A stretch of DNA of 64,000 nt, from positions 32,001 through 96,000 of the IMG/VR virus record IMGVR_UViG_3300010354_000051. One strand, written 5' to 3'. Position numbers and translations under genes: made by a program. Source of the stretch: a virus. The stretch's first letter is position 1. The number at the start of each line of letters is the position of its first letter. Shown here in pieces: positions 39,684 to 47,584 of the stretch. A model generated the notes under the pieces. That model did not search any database and had not been told where the DNA came from. It saw nothing but the letters and a program-made list of their open reading frames with translations.

Positions 39684-40375
39684 TGTTCGAGATTTTCGGG
39701 AGCTAGACCGCTAGGCGGGTTGTTTTTGAACTCTCTCCGCAGGATGTAAATCCCGGACTGGACAAATTTCTGCCCTTGTTTATTATACACATTTTCAAAG
39801 TCTCTAAGACTTATGTGTGGATAAGCTTTTGCGAATTCGGCAAACAGTGGGGAGTTGACCGCCCGGAAGTTTTGTTTATCCCTTAGCAAACTGACCTGTT
39901 CGGCTATAATCCGCAAGTCCAGTCCTTCAGAAATAGCTTCATCGCTAGCAGATAGAAAATCGGCAGGGTCGATTTTGTCAACCAGATTAGCCATGTCTTG
40001 CCGGATGGATTTAATGGCCGATTCGGCGTCTCGGGCGTTTGGCCATCTGTCCAGACGTTGACCGCACCAAGATGTGGTCAGGAAGAAAGCCTGTAGTTCG
40101 CTTTCTCCGGCCGTTGCAGAAGCCCCTGCAGCCACCTTAGACTTGGCTATGAGGCCTTCATGGCTAGAAGTACAGACCCCGCCTGAAGTGCTCTTGTTAA
40201 AGTCTGAGAGTATTTTACTATTCGGTGACGATTTTTGTTTCGTCGACCTCATCTCCTCCAGCTCTCGCTCGTGCCGATGGTTTTCTAGAGTTTTCCACCG
40301 GTCGTGCTGTATCAGGTCCTGAACTATCTGGCTCAGCAGGCTTTCGAGGCTCATGGCGGAGAATAGTGTGGACAA
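39536..40375 (-). CDS. hypothetical protein
   Basis: 279-aa ORF; probable start MSLESLL at 40354; helical/charged. Confidence 0.6.
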   Translation of the reverse strand: MSTLFSAMSLESLLSQIVQDLIQHDRWKTLENHRHERELEEMRSTKQKSSPNSKILSDFNKSTSGGVCTSSHEGLIAKSKVAAGASATAGESELQAFFLTTSWCGQRLDRWPNARDAESAIKSIRQDMANLVDKIDPADFLSASDEAISEGLDLRIIAEQVSLLRDKQNFRAVNSPLFAEFAKAYPHISLRDFENVYNKQGQKFVQSGIYILRREFKNNPPSGLAPENLEHWKKIWPQYLPPQLLLWQKNLKSIETRMRMAQRAWKESISSQTPSTESM

Positions 40376-40751
40376 CCCCTGTAATGTCTCTGTAATTCCA
40401 GGAGTGGGTGATACAGCTCAGGGAGGAGGAGGGGATGCGCCCCTGATCCATACCTAAGAATAGCACGGAATTGATCTCGCGCTCGACCGATTTCCCCGGT
40501 TCGTCAAAAAGGATAATTTTTTTCTCCGAGTCCAGAGCGAGGTGGATTGCTGACAGGGTGATGTGGTCATACCCACAAAACACCAGAACATCCGAGCCTG
40601 AGAACTTGGGGAGTGAGGCTTTGGTCAACACTTGTCGTTTGGCTTGTACGCCCTCGATCTCGTTCAAAACCTTTTCAAGATGGTCAGACATGATTGACAT
40701 GTCCTTCTCAGAAAAAGTTCTTTCCGTGCCAAAAATTGAAACTTTAACCAT
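40218..40751 (-). CDS. hypothetical protein, possible degenerate LOG/SLOG fold
   Basis: KRQVLTKA...VLVFCGYDHITLSAIHLAL...KKIILFD...GRIPSSSLSCI resembles the C-terminal half of LOG proteins but lacks PGGxGTxEE. Confidence 0.55.
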   Translation of the reverse strand: MVKVSIFGTERTFSEKDMSIMSDHLEKVLNEIEGVQAKRQVLTKASLPKFSGSDVLVFCGYDHITLSAIHLALDSEKKIILFDEPGKSVEREINSVLFLGMDQGRIPSSSLSCITHSWNYRDITGVVHTILRHEPRKPAEPDSSGPDTARPVENSRKPSARARAGGDEVDETKIVTE

Positions 40752-40763
40752 AGCTATTTTAGT

Positions 40764-40803
40764 CTATTGTTCTTTCACCGTAATAAGGGTGAAAGCTCAG
40801 TAG
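40764..40803. promoter_or_regulatory. divergent pair of late-promoter motifs
   Basis: Minus strand GGTGAAAG-AACAA-TAG (40764-40779) and plus strand GGTGAAAG-CTCAG-TAG (40788-40803), 20 and 22 nt from their starts. Confidence 0.7.
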
Positions 40804-40817
40804 AGCATTAGGTCGAA

Positions 40818-43800
40818 GTGGAAGTTTCTAGCCTTGTCGAAGAAAGGGTTAGCCTTATAGTTACTCGGGCTTTCGACAAGTACAGCAAATTCAATACGGG
40901 AGAGGAGTATAAAAATTTGTACTCGTCCACTGTCAGAATGACTTTGGAAATAAATAGCCGGATTAGAGATAAGAAGATACCGACAATCTTACCCCTTAAG
41001 ACTGAAATACTTAAAGCGGCTTATACATTCAATTTTAACATCAGCTCGTTAAGGGAAATTTTTTCTTTGGTGGCTGAGGAGGTTTTTGTAGAGGCTGGAG
41101 CAGACTATTCAGCTTTATTTAAGGCTTATGTAGATAGGGTGATTGAGGGAATTTCAGACCTAGATCAGTTTTCTCGAACAAGCATACTAGAACACTTGCT
41201 ACAGCTTGAGGCTTATGCTCCGTCTGACAGTCCGTCTCCCAGGGCAAGAAGTTCCAAGACCAGGCTGAATAAACAAAATAGACAAACCGCCAGTCCGGTT
41301 TCTTCTCGCATAGCCAAAAAATTCAACAGCATCTACTCAGAGAAAGTAGACCTTAAGATAGGGGATATTTCTAACTCGTATAAGGATATTAACTCAATAA
41401 CCTCTGATTCTGTGGTAAAAGAGGACGAGATCGAGCAAACTGACATTGACTTGCTCGGCTCTACTTTTGCTGGCGAGGGAAAGTCAATCTACCAAGAATT
41501 AATAACTCTTTACAATGCTGTAGTAGAATTTAGCGGGTTTCAAGGCTCTCTGTCAGATTCGGTCGAGTACTTTTCCACCTTTAGCGAATTCATCTTGGCC
41601 ATGGCCTACGGTAAAAAGATAGAGAGTGGGATATTAGATGACCGGTTTGGTAAGTTTAACCTAATCTACGAGCAGGACGAGCTATCCGGGTTAAGTTTCC
41701 TAAACAGCTTGTTCAAAACTCAATCAGCTAATCAAGATGGCAATTTGCATGAGAGATTTGCCAAGGGTGTGAAGAATAGATATGTAAGAGCAGATCAGGA
41801 AGTTGGCATGGCATGTTTAGTTCTTGAATCGATATATTCTGAGTGTTTGAAGATCGGGGACAGCATTCAGTCTTTAATAGCTGATCCTTTGCCAGGGATA
41901 GGAAATACCACCTATTTGTTATCAATCCTGTCCGGCATATTCCCTCCGTCTCTAGAGGGTAGAAGTAGAGAGAAAGGGTTTACGGCCGGAGTCTATAAAC
42001 TTCTGCTTTCATATAGGAAACTACTGGGCTTGTATGGGTACGAGCCAAAGCTGCCCGAATTGACGGATAACTTGGTCAAGATTTCCTCTGTACTGTTAGA
42101 GTTTTCTAATACGGTCAGATCGGCCGGGTTTAGAGAAAGCAATTCTGCCATTGTACCGAATTTAGCGCTAACTTATTACGACCCGTCTAAAATTGGTATT
42201 AGACAGAACTTGTTAAGGGCAGGGTTTACTGAGCCCGAAGTTGAAGAGATACTGTCAGTAAAAACTTTCCCCGAATTGGTAAATAAATTCGCCCCGATTA
42301 CCGATTCACAAGACGTGATCTCTTTCTTCAGAGCTTATGAACTTACCAAACTAATTTATGAATTTGGGGGTCAGGAAGGAGTAGATGCTTATATTTCTTT
42401 CTTATACGGTACGGATAAGTCTGTTATTAGGCTACTTGGTTACTTGACCAAGAACCGGTCTTTAGCTTCTACTGTTATTGCTAGCGACTACCCCAAATTG
42501 GTAGGATATTTAATCACTCTTACTTACGCTGTTAATCCTGCCGAATTAATCAACCTGGAAAAAGTGTTGAGGAATAACAGGCTTAACTTACTAGAGTCTG
42601 TGTCTTATCTGTTAAGCAAAGGTGAAAACTCTGTCCTGAAATCTAAAGAGGATATTGACATGCTGAGCGCTGTTGCTGCTCAGATGGTTACAACGAGCAG
42701 CCTAGATTATTCTACTCATAAACCAATGTGGAATAGGCTAATTGAGGAGTCGGCAGGCAATGCAAAGAGAGAAGAATTAGAAGGGGTGTATAATAGGTTG
42801 AGTGGAATAATTCCAGAAGAGTTGAACAGTATTCTCCACACTCCATCAGCATTCTCCCCCGTAGGGAAATTAATTGATGGGGTTAGAGGGGGCAATTTTA
42901 CTTCGCTACTGCGTTACTGCAATATATTTGGCTTGCTTCATTCCCTGTCCCCATACAGAAATTCAGGGCAGTTGGTAAATAATCATGTTTCTAATTATGG
43001 CCGGATGGTTGATTTTCTATCCAGCCTGGACAAATTATCTGAGCGTTTGAAGTTAAGCGGTGCCTTGTTGGAGTCTTATATAGATGAGACCCCTGTCACC
43101 GATATTGTATTAGTTCAGAACAAGAAATTTTCTGCTTTTGTAAAACTAATTGACGGCACTTTAACTTCTGCCGGTAACGAGGCTATTATGCCCTCTCCGG
43201 GAATAGGGAACTCCAGAATACCTAATGGGGTCAGAGTTGATAACTCTCTCACCCCAGAAGAAGCCCAGGTAGTTCAGACTAAGGGGGCTGGATTAGGGCT
43301 ATTCTCTCAATCTAACAGAAACTCCGAATTTAGTTCGTTTATTCGTTTCGCCCAATCAAATATACTTAGCATGGCTAATTTGTCCCAGTCCGAATTGACC
43401 GCTTTGCAAAGCACTTCGCCACAACCTGCGGGCAGTTCTGCCTCTACAGAAATCTACCCGAAAAGTGTGGACTATTCCGACACTTACAGTCCGTCTACTA
43501 CCTCAGCAGTCTCTTTGCTAAACCCGCCCCGGTTTAACTCAGCAACTTCTTGCAAAAGATTTGGTGGCAGTTCATGCCCGAACGAGTCCGCATCAATATG
43601 TCGAACAGGGTATAATAAAGCTCTTGAGCCTGAGGAGGGGTATGGCAGCACTCCCGGACTAGGTTTGTCCGGTGTACCTATTGATCGACCACTAGGGGCA
43701 AAAATATCATCGGCCAGGTCGTATCCCGCAATTAGCCCGGACCATCCTCAAGCCTCATTTAGCAAAACCGGTCTGGTTAGTAGGATGACATCTCGATCCG

Positions 43801-43952
43801 TATTCAAAAACTCCGAAATACTTTGTGCGTCATTAGAAGACCCGTTTGATTACAGCGCTTGTATGTCACTTCTAAAGTGCAAGAGGTATGGTAAACTGTC
43901 CGGTTCGCTGAGTTTTTGTCCCGAGACTTTGATAGGAGGCAGGCTAGAATGA
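40818..43952 (+). CDS. large hypothetical protein, helical with Cys-rich C-terminus
   Basis: 1044-aa ORF; no recognisable family; own motif copy upstream. Confidence 0.75.
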   Translation: MEVSSLVEERVSLIVTRAFDKYSKFNTGEEYKNLYSSTVRMTLEINSRIRDKKIPTILPLKTEILKAAYTFNFNISSLREIFSLVAEEVFVEAGADYSALFKAYVDRVIEGISDLDQFSRTSILEHLLQLEAYAPSDSPSPRARSSKTRLNKQNRQTASPVSSRIAKKFNSIYSEKVDLKIGDISNSYKDINSITSDSVVKEDEIEQTDIDLLGSTFAGEGKSIYQELITLYNAVVEFSGFQGSLSDSVEYFSTFSEFILAMAYGKKIESGILDDRFGKFNLIYEQDELSGLSFLNSLFKTQSANQDGNLHERFAKGVKNRYVRADQEVGMACLVLESIYSECLKIGDSIQSLIADPLPGIGNTTYLLSILSGIFPPSLEGRSREKGFTAGVYKLLLSYRKLLGLYGYEPKLPELTDNLVKISSVLLEFSNTVRSAGFRESNSAIVPNLALTYYDPSKIGIRQNLLRAGFTEPEVEEILSVKTFPELVNKFAPITDSQDVISFFRAYELTKLIYEFGGQEGVDAYISFLYGTDKSVIRLLGYLTKNRSLASTVIASDYPKLVGYLITLTYAVNPAELINLEKVLRNNRLNLLESVSYLLSKGENSVLKSKEDIDMLSAVAAQMVTTSSLDYSTHKPMWNRLIEESAGNAKREELEGVYNRLSGIIPEELNSILHTPSAFSPVGKLIDGVRGGNFTSLLRYCNIFGLLHSLSPYRNSGQLVNNHVSNYGRMVDFLSSLDKLSERLKLSGALLESYIDETPVTDIVLVQNKKFSAFVKLIDGTLTSAGNEAIMPSPGIGNSRIPNGVRVDNSLTPEEAQVVQTKGAGLGLFSQSNRNSEFSSFIRFAQSNILSMANLSQSELTALQSTSPQPAGSSASTEIYPKSVDYSDTYSPSTTSAVSLLNPPRFNSATSCKRFGGSSCPNESASICRTGYNKALEPEEGYGSTPGLGLSGVPIDRPLGAKISSARSYPAISPDHPQASFSKTGLVSRMTSRSVFKNSEILCASLEDPFDYSACMSLLKCKRYGKLSGSLSFCPETLIGGRLE

Positions 43953-44722
43953 AAAATAGATCAATGTGTTCGTTTTTCAAGACGAGCGGAAATGTAAACC
44001 TTTTGTCGTTTGGCACGTATGGGGATTTTAACGGGGCGTTTGGGGAATCGGTCCGCAGATGTCATATTGACAAAGATTTTAACGACTCTTGCAAGGTTCA
44101 TATTGAACTGGAGAATAGTGAGCCGATCGACCAGTTCAAACTAACCAATCAGAACTTGCTGACTTGGGATGACTATTGGATCGATTCAGATAGTGGGAAA
44201 ATAATCGACCCGATGATGAAGTCGGTTAATTTACAAAGGAACGATTTAGTTTATGTAAATATGAGCTTGCACAGAGACAGCCTTGAGTCACTGAATCTGG
44301 AGGGGAATAACTCCCTACAGCATTTATACATTCACTCCGCTCCCAAGCTCTCCAGCCTTATTATTGACAACTGCACGTCACTCAGGTATATTTGTCTAGG
44401 GGAGAACAGATCTTTAACCCACATCAGTGCTAAGAATTGCGGATTGAGTTCGGATGCGTTAGAGCAGCTATTAAGGGATTTCCGCCCTACTATAGCTTAT
44501 ACCAGGCCGATAACAGGAGCAGGCCTATTTCGAAAGGCTCCGTCGACTCTTCTAGACCTGAGGGGGAATGTAATAGACTGGTCTAATCGTAAAATCTCCA
44601 GCAAAATCAGGCTACTCTTGACCAATCATTGGGAGGTCAGATGGGATAATCCACCCCCGACAGACATAATTCCGCTCCGCATGTATTCTTTTCCAGTTGA
44701 AAGCAGAATAGCATTAAACTAA
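43916..44722 (+). CDS. leucine-rich-repeat-like protein
   Basis: LESLNLEGNNSLQHLYIHSAPKLSSLIIDNCTSLRYICLGENRSLTHISAKNC; LDLRGN; likely start is the ATG near 43949. Confidence 0.7.
   Translation: MSRDFDRRQARMKNRSMCSFFKTSGNVNLLSFGTYGDFNGAFGESVRRCHIDKDFNDSCKVHIELENSEPIDQFKLTNQNLLTWDDYWIDSDSGKIIDPMMKSVNLQRNDLVYVNMSLHRDSLESLNLEGNNSLQHLYIHSAPKLSSLIIDNCTSLRYICLGENRSLTHISAKNCGLSSDALEQLLRDFRPTIAYTRPITGAGLFRKAPSTLLDLRGNVIDWSNRKISSKIRLLLTNHWEVRWDNPPPTDIIPLRMYSFPVESRIALN
44696..44711 (+). promoter_or_regulatory. candidate late promoter GTTGAAAG-CAGAA-TAG
   Basis: Core 25 nt upstream of the ATG at 44729. Confidence 0.6.
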
Positions 44723-44728
44723 CATAGC

Positions 44729-45628
44729 ATGGCCGATCTGCGAGCTAGATTTCTTGAAGATTATGCTGGCGGATTGCTAAATGTCGCCAGACAAGAACTT
44801 TCTAGCACGGGAGAAGTACTGGCTCAGGATGGGTTTGTAGACGGGTTAACTCTTTTCGTAGAAGACGGTAGAGGAGTTAAAAGCGGCTTAAAACTAGGGG
44901 CGGGGTTGGTAGAGTGTATCGACCCTGAAACTGACTCTGGCGTACTAAACTTTAGAACGGCAGAAAGGACGTTTGCAAAGGTACGAGACCTGAAAACGTT
45001 TTCTACCGCATTGGCTTCGGCCCAAGCCGCTCTTTCTGAGTCAGTGGCAGAGTCGATCAGCAACCTGGAAAGCGCATTCGAATCTTTGGAATTTGACTTT
45101 CAGTCTCAGCAAAACCAGCTATCATTGTATTCCGACAGTACTAACTCGTCACTAGAAACGATTAACTCAACGCTGACCACTCTTCAATCCGACTTATCAG
45201 AAACCAAGTCGGAACTCTCCACTCTAACTTTTGAAGTAAACTCTATAAAGGAAGTGATTAATAAAAAGGGATTAGAGACACAAGAGCAGGTTATTTCTAG
45301 CACTAGCCCGGAGATAAATAATGACGCCCACTCTAATCTAGAATTGGTAATGAGCAGATATTACGGCTTGTTGTATGTCACTACCAATGTTCCGGCCTGG
45401 GTTACAATATACACATCACCCGCCGCTAGAGATCTCGATACCCGGACCTCAGTTACTACGGCAACAGGAGTTGTAGCTGATATTGTAACTAGCTCGGGCA
45501 ATCTTATTAAACAACTGGCTCCGGCTCTTGTTGGTTACAGCAATTCGTCTACTGTCTATCTCCGTGTTCGTAACAAAAGCGGAGTTAGCAGCAAAATCTC
45601 CACAGAACTTCGTTACATTAATCTGTAG
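44729..45628 (+). CDS. fibre-like virion protein (coiled coil plus C-terminal domain)
   Basis: Central heptad coiled coil; C-terminal PAWVTIYTSPAARDLD motif recalled from cyanophage fibre proteins. Confidence 0.65.
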   Translation: MADLRARFLEDYAGGLLNVARQELSSTGEVLAQDGFVDGLTLFVEDGRGVKSGLKLGAGLVECIDPETDSGVLNFRTAERTFAKVRDLKTFSTALASAQAALSESVAESISNLESAFESLEFDFQSQQNQLSLYSDSTNSSLETINSTLTTLQSDLSETKSELSTLTFEVNSIKEVINKKGLETQEQVISSTSPEINNDAHSNLELVMSRYYGLLYVTTNVPAWVTIYTSPAARDLDTRTSVTTATGVVADIVTSSGNLIKQLAPALVGYSNSSTVYLRVRNKSGVSSKISTELRYINL

Positions 45629-46013
45629 AAGAATCGGATAAGGACTCCATAACAGACTTTATAGAGGAGTCTGTCAATCTAACAGCAACAATCGGACCGA
45701 TTTTTCTAAAGATATAAAACAAAATTCCCGCTTCTCTCTCTTGTTCGGTTAAGAACAGTGAGCGGAAAGTTTTTGAGTGTATGTCCTCTCCGCCCAGCAT
45801 GTCAAAAACTGTAGATTTATCGAAAATCCAAGAGCAGGAAGATCGGTCCGCAGTCGCTATGTACAGGGCGAAGGGGTTTCGGGTATCGAGAACGTTCTGA
45901 AGGTTTTTCAGAATCTGTTCAGTTTTCCCGGTCCGCTTAAGGGTTCGGGCCAGGAGATTAGTCTCGGACGAGTTGTCAAACACGAAACGATCTGGATGGG
46001 GAATTGGGGTCAA
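45618..46013 (-). CDS. hypothetical protein
   Basis: 131-aa ORF continuing the minus-strand operon. Confidence 0.55.
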   Translation of the reverse strand: MTPIPHPDRFVFDNSSETNLLARTLKRTGKTEQILKNLQNVLDTRNPFALYIATADRSSCSWIFDKSTVFDMLGGEDIHSKTFRSLFLTEQEREAGILFYIFRKIGPIVAVRLTDSSIKSVMESLSDSSTD

Positions 46014-46281
46014 AACCGATTCTTTCGGCGATTGACCGGTTCATTAACCTTTGAATTTTTTTATCGTCAGAGGTAAGGATCACCCGATTGCTTTTGAATC
46101 CGGGGCGAGTCTTGATTTCAGGGCACCCATCGGATTCTTCTGCAGCTTTGACAACCTGTTCCTCTGATAGGTCGCTGGACTTCTGCTGTTCGGGGCAAGG
46201 GCTGCTCTTTGAGTTGGACAGACTGTTGTCTTCTTGCCCATTCGTGCCAGGCTGCGATTTGCGATTTGCTGAAGTTGGCAT
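45976..46281 (-). CDS. hypothetical protein
   Basis: 101-aa ORF with a motif copy upstream. Confidence 0.6.
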   Translation of the reverse strand: MPTSANRKSQPGTNGQEDNSLSNSKSSPCPEQQKSSDLSEEQVVKAAEESDGCPEIKTRPGFKSNRVILTSDDKKIQRLMNRSIAERIGFDPNSPSRSFRV

Positions 46282-46299
46282 TTGACATTCTGATACGGC

Positions 46300-46315
46300 T
46301 TACCTAGCTTTCAAC
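46300..46315 (-). promoter_or_regulatory. candidate late promoter GTTGAAAG-CTAGG-TAA
   Basis: Core 26 nt upstream of the ATG at 46281. Confidence 0.55.
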
Positions 46316-47378
46316 CCAGTTCATACCAACCATTGCCATACAAGGAATGGGCCTGTTTGAAGATTTTGGAATACTTCTGACCACAGACCTCCAGGCTATA
46401 TTTTGACCGAGCGATATTGGCTATATTACCTCGGTCCAGATCACTGACTTTCTCAATAGCCTCTAGCCAATCTGCTAACGTATGACACCTGAACCCCATC
46501 CCATCTTGAACAGTTTCAGTCATAGCCCCGTAATCTACACTAATAACAGGAGTGCCACACAACATAGCCTCTACTGACATGCCACAGAACGGCTCGACAA
46601 ATATAGAAGGGGCTAGCAGAGCTTTGGCAGAACCGAGAAAATTACTCCTGGCTCTACCACTTATAGGTGGCATATAAGTTATGTTGGGGTGTTTCCACCT
46701 ATCCAGATTACCCTGTCCACAGACAACAATAGGGACCGAGCTGTTATCAGCAATAGCCCGGATTGTGTCAAAGCCTTTAATCTCGGTTATCCTTCCCAAA
46801 AATGCCAGATAATCACCGTGGCTGGTGTTGACTTTCCAGTCATCTAAATCGTAATAATTCGGGACTACCCATTCAAAATTATGTCCGTGCCTTTTCTCCA
46901 TGCCAAGATGATAGTGCATCCAGGCATAGGACTCATAGATTTTCAAGCTAGTGGGCATTAAGGTAGTATAGCCTATTCCTGTTTCTATGTGTAGGTTATT
47001 GGGGAAAATTTCCAACAAGGTCTGATGAGCATGACCGAATGGGTGACAGATTATGTCCTCTTCCTCTACCCTGCCTATCATCTCCCTAATGAGTTTTTGC
47101 TGAAAAAGGGTGTGACCTGGACTACCAATATTAGCCCTATCTCCAAAAAACTCCTGTTCAGAATTTAGGCCATAGAACTGCCTAAACTCGTCTTCTGTCA
47201 ATATCTCAATTTTCTCTTCAGCTCCTGATTCCGATCCAGCATTGCTATACTCGATGACTTGATGACCGGCTCTGGCCATCATTTTCGGGAACCTGAGAGC
47301 TTTCCCTGTGAAAGCGCAATGGGAGTAGGAGCTGGAGTGGACGGTATGAAAAATACCGATTAGGTGGAGTTTTGGCAA
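46311..47378 (-). CDS. glycosyltransferase family 4 (GT-B fold)
   Basis: AFLGRITEIKG, FVEPFCGMSVEAMLCGTPVISVDYGAMTETVQDG (EX7E-like motif). Confidence 0.92.
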   Translation of the reverse strand: MPKLHLIGIFHTVHSSSYSHCAFTGKALRFPKMMARAGHQVIEYSNAGSESGAEEKIEILTEDEFRQFYGLNSEQEFFGDRANIGSPGHTLFQQKLIREMIGRVEEEDIICHPFGHAHQTLLEIFPNNLHIETGIGYTTLMPTSLKIYESYAWMHYHLGMEKRHGHNFEWVVPNYYDLDDWKVNTSHGDYLAFLGRITEIKGFDTIRAIADNSSVPIVVCGQGNLDRWKHPNITYMPPISGRARSNFLGSAKALLAPSIFVEPFCGMSVEAMLCGTPVISVDYGAMTETVQDGMGFRCHTLADWLEAIEKVSDLDRGNIANIARSKYSLEVCGQKYSKIFKQAHSLYGNGWYELG

Positions 47379-47389
47379 TGGTTTAAGGG

Positions 47390-47572
47390 CTAGTCAATAC
47401 CTGTTCCCAAGAATTCTACCGCTTCAGTTTTAGAATCGAACCATCTCCATCCGCCAACTGGATATTGGTATGTGTCGTGGAGGTCAGAGAGCAGATTGTA
47501 ATCAGCGTGGGATACTTCTGTAGAAGCGTATAGGAGTACGCCTTGGTCAAGTTTATAAAAACCGGGTTTCAT
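47390..47572 (-). CDS. small hypothetical protein
   Basis: GFYKLD...YQYPVGGWRWFDS; fits between the repeat fibre and GT4 genes without overlap. Confidence 0.7.
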   Translation of the reverse strand: MKPGFYKLDQGVLLYASTEVSHADYNLLSDLHDTYQYPVGGWRWFDSKTEAVEFLGTGID

Positions 47573-47584
47573 TGGGGGATAGGG

